DNA from: Candidatus Aeolococcus gillhamiae | GTDB lineage: Bacteria; Chloroflexota; Dormibacteria; Aeolococcales; Aeolococcaceae | NCBI GenBank assembly: GCA_003244045.1 | Contig: QHBU01000153.1 | Coordinates: forward strand, 67 to 64,066 | Direction: 5' to 3' | DNA length: 64,000 nucleotides | Part shown: in pieces, positions 23,898 to 32,307 of the stretch | Numbering within the stretch: position 1 is the first letter of the stretch | How the letters are laid out: every line of letters starts with the position of its first letter | Notes under the pieces: model-generated | The model's input: only the letters and a program-made list of their open reading frames with translations | Told to the model about the DNA's origin: nothing | Database searches by the model: none | Position numbers and translations under genes: made by a program

Positions 23898-24821
23898 GTG
23901 GCCACCAAGAACGGGAGCGGACGAAGCGAGGCCAACGGCCATCAGACCGGCGGCCTGCGCGTCAAGCGCGGGCTCGCGGAGATGCTCAAGGGCGGCGTGA
24001 TCATGGACGTGGTCACGGCCGAGCAGGCACGCGTCGCGGAGGCGGCGGGCGCGGTCGCCGTCATGGCGCTGGAGCGCGTCCCGTCCGACATCCGCCGCGA
24101 CGGCGGTGTGGCCCGGATGAGCGCGGTCAGCCTGGTCAGCGAGATCAAGCAGTCGGTGACCATCCCGGTCATGGCCAAGGCGCGCATTGGCCACTTCGTC
24201 GAGGCGCAGGTGCTCGAGGCGCTGGGCATCGACTACGTCGACGAGTCCGAGGTGCTCACCCCCGCGGATGAGGAGCACCACATCGACAAGTGGGCGTTCA
24301 CGATCCCCTTTGTGTGCGGCGCGCGCGACCTCGGTGAGGCGCTGCGCCGCATTGGTGAGGGCGCCGCGATGATCCGCACCAAGGGCGAGGCGGGCACAGG
24401 CAACGTCGTCGAGGCGGTGCGGCACATGCGCGCCGTCCGCGGGGGCATCCGGCGCCTCCAGGGCCTGCGCCGCGACGAGCTCATGGCCGAGGCCAAGCGG
24501 CTCCAGGCGCCCTACGAGCTGGTCGTGGAGATCGCCGAGACCGGCCGGCTTCCGGTCGTCAACTTCTCGGCCGGTGGCATTGCCACCCCCGCCGACGCCG
24601 CGCTGATGATGCAGCTCGGTGCCGAGGGCAACTTCGTGGGCAGCGGCATCTTCAAGAGCGAGGACCCACTCAACTACGCAAAGGCGATCGTGGCCGCCAC
24701 CACGTACTTCGACAAGCCCGAGGTGATCGCCGAGGTGAGCGCCGGGCTGGGACCGGCTATGCGCGGTCTCGACGTCGCCGCCATGCCGCGCGAGGAGCTC
24801 CTCTCCACCCGGGGCTGGTAG
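23898..24821 (+). CDS. pdxS: pyridoxal 5'-phosphate synthase, lyase subunit
   Basis: [47 protein letters not shown] 23898 is preceded by SD AGGAG. Confidence 0.95.
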   Translation: MATKNGSGRSEANGHQTGGLRVKRGLAEMLKGGVIMDVVTAEQARVAEAAGAVAVMALERVPSDIRRDGGVARMSAVSLVSEIKQSVTIPVMAKARIGHFVEAQVLEALGIDYVDESEVLTPADEEHHIDKWAFTIPFVCGARDLGEALRRIGEGAAMIRTKGEAGTGNVVEAVRHMRAVRGGIRRLQGLRRDELMAEAKRLQAPYELVVEIAETGRLPVVNFSAGGIATPADAALMMQLGAEGNFVGSGIFKSEDPLNYAKAIVAATTYFDKPEVIAEVSAGLGPAMRGLDVAAMPREELLSTRGW

Positions 24822-24924
24822 CCGGGGCGGCGGTGGTCGACGGGCTGACGGGGTACACTCATCTCGTGCTCATGACGCTGTTCGGGCCTCGCGGCGAGCG
24901 GGGCTGCCACGTCCGCTGGGAAAG

Positions 24925-25530
24925 CTGACGATCACCACTGTCGGTGTCCTTGCCCTTCAGGGCGACGTTCGCGAACACCTGGCCGCCTTCCGCCGCTGTG
25001 GCGTTGACGCCGTGCCCGTCCGACTCGCCGCCGAGATCGAGTCGGTCGACGCGCTGGCGGTGCCGGGCGGCGAGTCGACGACCATGGGAAAGCTGCTCCG
25101 CGCCTTCGCGCTCGAGGACACGTTGCGCCGCCGCCTCGCCGGCGGCCTGCCGACGCTGACCACGTGCGCCGGGCTCATCCTGCTCAGCCGCTCCATCGTC
25201 GACGGCCGTCCTGACCAGGTCGCCACCGGCACGCTCGACATCGCCGTGCGACGCAACGGCTGGGGCAGCCAGGTGGACTCCTTCGAGGCCGACGTGCGCT
25301 TCGAAGGGCTCGGTGACCTCCTGTTCCGCGGCGTGTTCATCCGTGCCCCGCGCATCGAGGAGGTGGGCGCCGATGTCAAGGTGCTCGCGCGGCTGCGCGA
25401 CGAACCGGTTGCGGTGCGCCAGGGTGCGAACATCGGCCTCACATTCCATCCCGAGATGACCGGCGACGACCGCATCCACCGGCTCTTCCTCGAGCAAGTC
25501 GACGCCGCTCGCAACGAGAACGCCGCATGA
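24925..25530 (+). CDS. pdxT: pyridoxal 5'-phosphate synthase, glutaminase subunit (start codon uncertain)
   Basis: The conserved N-terminus TVGVLALQGDVREHLAAF is encoded at 24937-24990, upstream of the first in-frame ATG/GTG/TTG (25012). PGGESTTM and GTCAG motifs follow. The start given is the in-frame CTG. Confidence 0.85.
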   Translation: MTITTVGVLALQGDVREHLAAFRRCGVDAVPVRLAAEIESVDALAVPGGESTTMGKLLRAFALEDTLRRRLAGGLPTLTTCAGLILLSRSIVDGRPDQVATGTLDIAVRRNGWGSQVDSFEADVRFEGLGDLLFRGVFIRAPRIEEVGADVKVLARLRDEPVAVRQGANIGLTFHPEMTGDDRIHRLFLEQVDAARNENAA

Positions 25531-26597
25531 ACGTGCGCTCCGCGTCGTTCCGCGACCTCGCCCGCGTTGAGCAGCTCTACCGCGACGCGCTCGCCGCCGA
25601 CGAGAGCGGTCCCGGGCCTCACCCTGACAGCCCCGTTCCTGAGGCGACGCTGCTGCGCCTCTGGTACGCGCTCAGCAAGACGCTCTCCTCGCTGGTGCCG
25701 CTCAGCGACACGGGCGGAGTCCTTTTCGTCGCCGAGGATGACGCTGAGGGTGTGGTCGGCTTCATCCAGGCGCAGAGCACGTCGACGCGGCCGTCCGTCT
25801 GGCAGATCGTCAACCTCTGCGTGGCCCAGAGCGCCGCCGGTCATTTCGCGCGCGAGCGGCTGCTCACCCATCTCTGCAACCACGGTCTCGAACAGGGTGT
25901 GCACCGCTTCCATGTGCGTCTGCCGCTCGGCCACGCGCTGGTCGGCGTCTTTCTCGAGCACGGCTTCACCCAGTTCGCCACCGAGCAGATCCTCTTCCAT
26001 GACAACCCCGAGCAGATCACGCGGGGCGACGCGCAGGCCCTGCCCATCCGCCCCGCGCGGCGCGAGGACGCCGCCGCCATCCATCTGCTCTACCGCCGGG
26101 TCACGCCAAGTCACATCGCCGGCTTCGAGGCGCCGTCGCTGAAGACGTGGCAGGCCTCGTTCGCGCAGGGCAGCGTGGCCCGCATCGGCCGTGACGAGGT
26201 GAAGCACTTCGTCGCCGAGCATCCCGGGGTGGTCGGTTGGGCGGCGGTCCGGCCCGCCGGTGCGGGGCGGCCGAGCATCCTCTCGATCATGTGCGAGGCG
26301 CACGACCCGGCCATCCGCGAAGGCTTCCTCGACGCCATCCTCGCCGAGCTTCCGCCGCAGCCGATGTCGTGCGTGCTTCGCCACTACGACTCCGAGCTGA
26401 TCCGTTCATTGCAGAACCGCGGCTTCGCGGTCTACGGCACCCAGCTGCTGCTGGTCCGCGACCTCGGCATCAAGGTGCGCATCCGTGCCGTCGCCAAGCA
26501 GAGCAAGCAGGTGCTCGCTCACGCCGGTGTGGCCAGCTCCCACGCCGCCGCGCCGTCGCTGACAGTGTTGCGTCCACCAGAGAGGAGAGAGAGATAG
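25527..26597 (+). CDS. GNAT-family N-acetyltransferase (two-domain)
   Basis: ATGA overlap with pdx[15 protein letters not shown] and later [16 protein letters not shown] segments suggest tandem GNAT folds. Confidence 0.65.
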   Translation: MNVRSASFRDLARVEQLYRDALAADESGPGPHPDSPVPEATLLRLWYALSKTLSSLVPLSDTGGVLFVAEDDAEGVVGFIQAQSTSTRPSVWQIVNLCVAQSAAGHFARERLLTHLCNHGLEQGVHRFHVRLPLGHALVGVFLEHGFTQFATEQILFHDNPEQITRGDAQALPIRPARREDAAAIHLLYRRVTPSHIAGFEAPSLKTWQASFAQGSVARIGRDEVKHFVAEHPGVVGWAAVRPAGAGRPSILSIMCEAHDPAIREGFLDAILAELPPQPMSCVLRHYDSELIRSLQNRGFAVYGTQLLLVRDLGIKVRIRAVAKQSKQVLAHAGVASSHAAAPSLTVLRPPERRER

Positions 26598-26605
26598 TCG
26601 CCCAG

Positions 26606-28249
26606 ATGATGCCCTACGGTTCGTCATGGCAGGAGGAGCTCAACGTCCTCATCGAAGCGCTTCCGCCGCGCGTCGCCGTCGCCGCGCAGCGTCTGTCCCA
26701 GGAACGTGGCGATCTCCTCGAGATCGTGCTCGACCTGGGACGTGAACCCGAGGCTCGGTTCACCGACGGCGAGGTCATCCTCGACGCCGTCCAGGTGACC
26801 CACCACGACCTCGAGTACGTCACCGAGCGCGTCGGCGACTTCGGCGATGACAACCGCGCCGGCATCGAGCGCACTCTGCACCGCATCAGCGCCATCCGCA
26901 ACCGCGCCGGCACGGTCGTCGGCCTCACCTGCCGGGTGGGCCGCGCGGTGACCGGGACCATCGACATCATCAAGGACATCGTCGTCAACGGCCAGTCGAT
27001 CCTCCTGCTGGGGCCGCCGGGAATCGGCAAGACCACCATGCTCCGCGAATGCGCACGCGTACTCAGCGACGAGTGCAGCAAGCGCGTGGTCATCGTCGAC
27101 ACCAGCAACGAGATCGGTGGTGACGGCGACATCCCGCACGCCGGTATCGGCCGGTCGCGCCGGATGCAGGTGCGCACCCCTCCGGAGCAGCACGCGGTGA
27201 TGATCGAGGCGGTCGAGAACCACATGCCCCAGGTGATCGTCATCGACGAGATCGGTACCGCGCTGGAGGCGATGGCGGCGCGCACCATCGCCGAACGCGG
27301 CGTGCAGCTCGTCGGCACAGCGCACGGCTCCAACCTCGACAACCTGCTGGTCAACCCCACCCTCAACGACCTGCTCGGCGGCATCCAGACCGTGACCCTG
27401 AGCGACGAGGAGGCTCGCCGGCGTGGCACCCAGAAGAGCGTGCTCGAACGCAAAGCGCCGCCCACCTTCGATGTGCTCATCGAGATCCAGGAGCGCGACC
27501 GCGTCGTCGTGCACATGCCGCTCGACGAAACCGTCGACGAGGCGCTGCGCGGACGGATGAAGCCGCCGCAGCTGCGCCTTCGCGGCGAGGACGGTGAGAT
27601 CGTCAGCCGCATCGACACCAGCGCTCCGCCCCCGGCGGCGTTCGAGCCCAGTCCGTTCGCCGGCGCTGGCCGCCGGCGCAGCCGCGAGCGCCACCGGCGC
27701 GGCTTCGACGTCGAGGAGTACATGCAGCAGCGTGCGCGCGACACCTCGTGGGAGGGAGCCGGTGTGCCCCACCCTGGCGGTCGCGCGTTGCAGCCGCTCG
27801 CCGTCTTTCCTTACGGCGTCTCGCGCACGTACCTCGAGCAATCGGTGCGTGAGCTCCAGGTGCCGGTGCGCATCCAGCACAACGTCGACGACGCCGACAT
27901 GGTGCTGACGCTCAAGAACTACTACCGCCGCAAGGATTCGCCGGTGCGGTCCGCTGAGGCCACGGGCATCCCCATCCAGGTGCTGCGCAGCAACACGGTG
28001 GCGCAGATCAAGGGCGCCCTGGCGCGTGTGTACGGCGTGGAGGAGGTCGACCCCACGGAGACCGCCCTCGAGGAGGCGCTCGAGGCGGTCGAGCGGGCGC
28101 GGCAGACGACGTCGGACGTCGAGCTGGCACCCCAGAACTCGTACGTGCGCCGTCTCCAGCATCAGCTCGTCGAGCGCCACGACATGAGCGCCCGCAGCAC
28201 CGGCAACGAGCCCAACCGCCGTCTCGTCATACTCGGCGCCGAGGAGTGA
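26606..28249 (+). CDS. AAA ATPase with C-terminal R3H domain (SpoIIIAA/Ycf45-like)
   Basis: [12 protein letters not shown] (Walker A), VIVIDEIG (Walker B), [10 protein letters not shown], and a C-terminal R3H-like [30 protein letters not shown]. Confidence 0.8.
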   Translation: MMPYGSSWQEELNVLIEALPPRVAVAAQRLSQERGDLLEIVLDLGREPEARFTDGEVILDAVQVTHHDLEYVTERVGDFGDDNRAGIERTLHRISAIRNRAGTVVGLTCRVGRAVTGTIDIIKDIVVNGQSILLLGPPGIGKTTMLRECARVLSDECSKRVVIVDTSNEIGGDGDIPHAGIGRSRRMQVRTPPEQHAVMIEAVENHMPQVIVIDEIGTALEAMAARTIAERGVQLVGTAHGSNLDNLLVNPTLNDLLGGIQTVTLSDEEARRRGTQKSVLERKAPPTFDVLIEIQERDRVVVHMPLDETVDEALRGRMKPPQLRLRGEDGEIVSRIDTSAPPPAAFEPSPFAGAGRRRSRERHRRGFDVEEYMQQRARDTSWEGAGVPHPGGRALQPLAVFPYGVSRTYLEQSVRELQVPVRIQHNVDDADMVLTLKNYYRRKDSPVRSAEATGIPIQVLRSNTVAQIKGALARVYGVEEVDPTETALEEALEAVERARQTTSDVELAPQNSYVRRLQHQLVERHDMSARSTGNEPNRRLVILGAEE

Positions 28250-28255
28250 CGAACT

Positions 28256-28921
28256 GTGGCACGTGCCGGATTCTTCGTCTCGTTCGAGGGTCTCGACGGG
28301 GCTGGTAAGAGCACCCAGGTGGCCGCGCTTGGCGCCGCACTGGGGGCCGACGGATACGACGTCATCACCGTACGCCCCAACGACACGCCGCTCGGCGCGA
28401 TGGTCACAGGAGCCGTCCTCCAGCACCAGCTCGCCGCGTCCCTGCAGCCATGGACCGAGGCGCTGCTCTTCAACGCGGGGCGCGTGCAGCTGCTCGCCGA
28501 GGTGATCCTCCCCGCCCTGGAGCACGGCACGGTGGTCGTCGCCGATCGTTTCGTCGACTCGACGCTCGCCTACCAGGGCGGTGGCCGCGGCGTCGACGAG
28601 CAGGCTCTGCTCCGCTTACATCGCGACTGCTGCGACGACATCTGGCCGGATCTCACCCTCTACCTCGACCTCGACCACAGCGTCGCCGCGCAGCGCCAGC
28701 ACGCCGAGCAGCTGCCGCTCGATCGCATCGAGGGTGCGCCCGACGATTTCCACGCCCGCGTGCACGCCACCTTCGACCGGCTCGCCGCCGAGCAGCCCGA
28801 ACGGATCGCGCGTGTCGACGCGAGCCGGCCAGCGGTGGCGGTGTCGCAGGACGTGATGCGCCTCGTCCAGGAGCGGCTGCGCAGCGTGCGCACCGCCCCC
28901 CGTCCGGCGGTGCTGCGGTGA
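28256..28921 (+). CDS. tmk: thymidylate (dTMP) kinase
   Basis: FFVSFEGLDGAGKSTQ P-loop, DRFVDSTLAYQG. Confidence 0.9.
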   Translation: MARAGFFVSFEGLDGAGKSTQVAALGAALGADGYDVITVRPNDTPLGAMVTGAVLQHQLAASLQPWTEALLFNAGRVQLLAEVILPALEHGTVVVADRFVDSTLAYQGGGRGVDEQALLRLHRDCCDDIWPDLTLYLDLDHSVAAQRQHAEQLPLDRIEGAPDDFHARVHATFDRLAAEQPERIARVDASRPAVAVSQDVMRLVQERLRSVRTAPRPAVLR

Positions 28922-29247
28922 AGCTCATCTTCGCGGTGGTGCAGTCCAAGGACGTCGAGAGCTGCGCCGATGCGCTCACCGCCGCCGGGTTCGTGTGCAC
29001 GCGTTTTGCCACCCAGGGCGGTTTCCTCGACAGCGACAACTGCACGTTCATGACCGCCGTCGACGACGAGCAGGTGGAGCAGGTGCTCGACATCCTCCGC
29101 CGCCGCGCCAAGCGTCGGGTCGAGATGCTCGAGGCTGCCCAGCCGCTCTCCGGCGGTCTCGCCCCGGTGATCGCGCCGCCCCTGGACGTCGAAGTGGGCG
29201 GCGCCGCCGTCTTCGTGCTGCCGCTGGACCGGGTCGAGAAGCTCTAG
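28918..29247 (+). CDS. darA: PII-like cyclic-di-AMP receptor (YaaQ/DarA family)
   Basis: VKLIFAVVQSKD...TRFATQGGFLDSDNCTFMTAV...VEVGGAAVFVLPLDRVEKL parallels B. subtilis YaaQ. GTGA overlap with tmk, the same tmk-yaaQ synteny as in Bacillus. Confidence 0.8.
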   Translation: MKLIFAVVQSKDVESCADALTAAGFVCTRFATQGGFLDSDNCTFMTAVDDEQVEQVLDILRRRAKRRVEMLEAAQPLSGGLAPVIAPPLDVEVGGAAVFVLPLDRVEKL

Positions 29248-29282
29248 CCGGCCTGCAAGGAGAACGGTCGCTGATCCCCGGC

Positions 29283-30002
29283 ATGGGCACCCTGCTCAAC
29301 ACCGCGACGGTGCTCACCGGCGGCGCCATCGGCATACGCGCCGGTGACCGCATCCCCGCGCGGGTCCGCGAGAGCCTGATCGCGGTGCTGGGGCTCTTCA
29401 CCATGGTCTACGGCTTCCGCACGGCGCTCAGCCCGGCGTGCAACGGCTCCCCGGCGCCGGACCTGGCGTTGGTGTTGCTCGCGCTCCTCGTCGGCACCGC
29501 CGTCGGCAGTGCGCTTGACCTCGACGGCCGGCTGCAGCGCCTGGGGGCTGCGATCGAGGCACGCATCGGGCGGGCGGCCCCCGACGGGCGCATGGCCCAC
29601 GCCCTGGTCACCACCAGCCTGCTCTTCTGCGTCGGTCCGCTGACCATCCTTGGGTCGTTCGAGGATGGCGCGCGCGGCGACATCCTGTTGCTGGGCATCA
29701 AGTCAGCGCTCGACGGCGTAGCGGCGCTGATCTTCGGCGCCAGCCTCGGCGCCGGCGTCCTGCTCAGCGCCGTCACCGTGCTCGTGGTTCAGGGGTCGCT
29801 CACCGCGGCGGCGTACTTCAGTCGCGGTGTGCTCGACCCCGTGCTCACCACCGCGGCGCTCGGCGCCGGCGGTTTCATGCTCATCGCCATCGCTCTCGGC
29901 CTGCTCAACATCCGCCGCCTGCGGGTGCCCGACATGCTGCCCGCGCTGGTGATCGCGCCGCTGGTCGCGCTGGCGGCACGCGGCTGGCACATCCCCATCT
30001 GA
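29283..30002 (+). CDS. DUF554-family membrane protein
   Basis: MGTLLNTATVLTGGAIGIRAGDRIP...LGLFTMVYG is a typical DUF554 (YdfK/YqgA) N-terminus. Confidence 0.75.
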   Translation: MGTLLNTATVLTGGAIGIRAGDRIPARVRESLIAVLGLFTMVYGFRTALSPACNGSPAPDLALVLLALLVGTAVGSALDLDGRLQRLGAAIEARIGRAAPDGRMAHALVTTSLLFCVGPLTILGSFEDGARGDILLLGIKSALDGVAALIFGASLGAGVLLSAVTVLVVQGSLTAAAYFSRGVLDPVLTTAALGAGGFMLIAIALGLLNIRRLRVPDMLPALVIAPLVALAARGWHIPI

Positions 30003-30266
30003 CGCCTCAACCGGATGCGGGCGACAGCCTCCGGCTGGGCCGTGTGAGCGCCCAGGCGACCGTTGCCACCACTACCGCTCCGAGCAGAGGGAAGTACCAG
30101 CGGTTCGCGGCGGCGCGGCGTCACGGTCTGCAGACGCCCGCGGCGCAGGCGTTCTGGCAACACCTCACCGCGGTGGCCCGGGGCGCTGCCTGATTGCATC
30201 GTCCGGCCGGCGAACGCAGGCGTCGGTGACGTACGCTCGGGCACTCGCCGGGCACGGAGGAGTGGG

Positions 30267-30830
30267 ATGGCTCACGTCGCCGCCGTCGCGATGCTGGCTG
30301 CGCTGGCGAGCATCAGCGCCTGCGGGTCGGCCAACCAGCCGGAGCCGGTGCATCCCAGCACCAACCCCGCCACCTCGACACCGAGCGGTGCCGGGTCGAC
30401 GCTCAGCTACCGGCTCACTATGTCCGGGCCGGACCCGATCGCTGAGCAGCTTCCCCCCACCGCGGTGCAGGGCCGCGGTGGTCAACTGGAGCGCTGTGGC
30501 CAGTTCGTCGCCGGCTCGGAGATGCTCATCGACATTCAGGGCAACACCCAGAACGGCACACGCTACCGGCTGACGCTGGACATCTTGCCCTACAACGGGC
30601 CGGGCACGTACACCACCTCGACGCTTCTGCCGGTCGACCTGCTGGTCGGCCCACCCCAAGGTCCGACCGTGCAGTACGAGGCGCCGCGCGACTCGACGGC
30701 CAAGCTAACCGGCGTGGTGCTCAGGACGCAGGGCAACGGTTCGGGCACCTTCACCATGACCAACTGGCTCGACATGGCCAGCGGCAGGACCGAGAGCGGC
30801 GTGCTGGGCTGGACCTGCAAGGACGGCTGA
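30267..30830 (+). CDS. lipoprotein of unknown function
   Basis: MAHVAAVAMLAALASISAC-GS lipobox. Track ORF trimmed to ATG 30267. Confidence 0.7.
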   Translation: MAHVAAVAMLAALASISACGSANQPEPVHPSTNPATSTPSGAGSTLSYRLTMSGPDPIAEQLPPTAVQGRGGQLERCGQFVAGSEMLIDIQGNTQNGTRYRLTLDILPYNGPGTYTTSTLLPVDLLVGPPQGPTVQYEAPRDSTAKLTGVVLRTQGNGSGTFTMTNWLDMASGRTESGVLGWTCKDG

Positions 30831-30861
30831 GTGAGGGCGGCCGCTGGGGAGGGAGCGCCGG

Positions 30862-31506
30862 TTATTCCCCGGGTCGCACCACGACCTCGGCGGCGTCGAC
30901 GACCCGCTCCACCCGCGTGCCCACAAGGTGAACGCGTACCCCGGGGACGCCCGGCGACCCGGGCTCCCAGCCGTCCGCGAAGAGCCGACGTGCCTCACCC
31001 CAGGTGCGCGCGGTGCGCGCCTGGCGGCCATCCGTGAAGGCCACCGACCCGGGCCGGGTTGCGTACCCGAAGCGCACCTCACCGCCGCTCTTCAAGAAGG
31101 CAGCCACCTCGGCCAGCGGGCGATCGTCGGGAAGGAGGTCGGTGGTGCCCAGCGCGTCGGAGAAGCTGGGCATCTCGCCGCTCTTGGCCTGCTCACGCAC
31201 TGCAGCGCGCGCGGCGATGTGCGTAGCGCGCTCGCGGCGGCGCCGTTCGGTGGCGATCTGGCCGGACCGAGCGCGCAGCTCGCGGAGCTGAGCCTGGTGC
31301 GGGGCCATCGCCGTCACCGTCGCGCGTTCGACGGTCGCCAGCGCGCCGGCCAGGTCGTCGAGCGCGCCGTCGTCGAGGGCGGTGAGGGACTCCTGCTCGA
31401 ACGGCGCTGGCAGGTCGGGAAGCGGGGGCAGCTCGGTCACCGCGCTCATGATGGCGCCGGACCCGTGCCGTGTGTCCGGCGCGCTACCGTTGCGCGAGGC
31501 AGTCAT
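30862..31506 (-). CDS. hypothetical protein
   Basis: 214-aa ORF with coding-like composition. Alternative start at MSAVTEL (31449). No family recognised. Confidence 0.55.
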   Translation of the reverse strand: MTASRNGSAPDTRHGSGAIMSAVTELPPLPDLPAPFEQESLTALDDGALDDLAGALATVERATVTAMAPHQAQLRELRARSGQIATERRRRERATHIAARAAVREQAKSGEMPSFSDALGTTDLLPDDRPLAEVAAFLKSGGEVRFGYATRPGSVAFTDGRQARTARTWGEARRLFADGWEPGSPGVPGVRVHLVGTRVERVVDAAEVVVRPGE

Positions 31507-31526
31507 CGTGAGGAGGGCGTACGCGA

Positions 31527-32303
31527 GTGTCCACGGTCCTGAACGACGTCGTGCGTGTCGACCGCGACGGTGCCCTGGTCGTCGTCACCATCGACCACCC
31601 GCCGGCCAACGCGATCAGCCGCGCCGTCATCAGCGGGATCACCCAGGCGATCACCGAGGCGGAGGCCGACCCCGGCTGTCGTGCGCTCATCCTCACCGGC
31701 GCCGGGCCCAAGTTCTTCGCCGCCGGCGCCGACATCAGCGAGTTCGGATCGGCAGGCGGCGACAACATCGCCGCCGGCGCTGAGTTCACCCTGGCCATGG
31801 AGCGCTCGCGGTTGCCGATCGTCGCGGCCGTCAACGGCATCGCCTTTGGCGGCGGCTGCGAGCTCACCCTGGCCTGCGACGTGCGCATCGCGTCCACCAC
31901 CGCGCGCTTCGGCCAGCCCGAGATCAAGCTCGGGATAATCCCCGGCTGGGGGGGCACGCAACGGCTGCCGCGGCTCATCGGCCGAACCGCGGCCATGGAG
32001 CTGCTGCTCACGGGCGATCCCATCGACGCGGCGCGGGCGCTCGAGCTCGGCCTGGTCTCCCGCGTCGTCGAGCCCGATGTGCTGCTCGACACCGCGCGTG
32101 AGGTCGCTGGACGCTACGCCGCCCAGGCCCCGCTGGCGCTGGCGGCCACCAAGCGCGCTGTCGCTGAGGGCCTCGACCGTCCGCTCGCAGAGGGGCTCGA
32201 GGCGGAGCGCCGCGAGTTCGTCGGGCTCTTCACCTCCGCGGACGCGGCCGAGGGCATCACGGCGTTTCTCGAGAAGCGACCGCCGACGTGGACGGGCCGC
32301 TAA
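31527..32303 (+). CDS. enoyl-CoA hydratase/isomerase (crotonase) family
   Basis: KFFAAGADISEF and AFGGGCELTLACDVRIAS motifs. Confidence 0.9.
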   Translation: MSTVLNDVVRVDRDGALVVVTIDHPPANAISRAVISGITQAITEAEADPGCRALILTGAGPKFFAAGADISEFGSAGGDNIAAGAEFTLAMERSRLPIVAAVNGIAFGGGCELTLACDVRIASTTARFGQPEIKLGIIPGWGGTQRLPRLIGRTAAMELLLTGDPIDAARALELGLVSRVVEPDVLLDTAREVAGRYAAQAPLALAATKRAVAEGLDRPLAEGLEAERREFVGLFTSADAAEGITAFLEKRPPTWTGR

Positions 32304-32307
32304 GCCC

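Noticed and set aside
26624-28525. 633-aa minus-strand ORF, with similar long ORFs at 18414..19733, 33229..34899, 37824..39401, 40219..41523, 56386..58143, 59321..60514 and 60793..62436
   Set aside because: These are shadow ORFs typical of ~70% GC DNA. They are Arg/Ala/Gly/His-rich low-complexity translations lying antisense to, or out of frame with, genes that carry clear family motifs.
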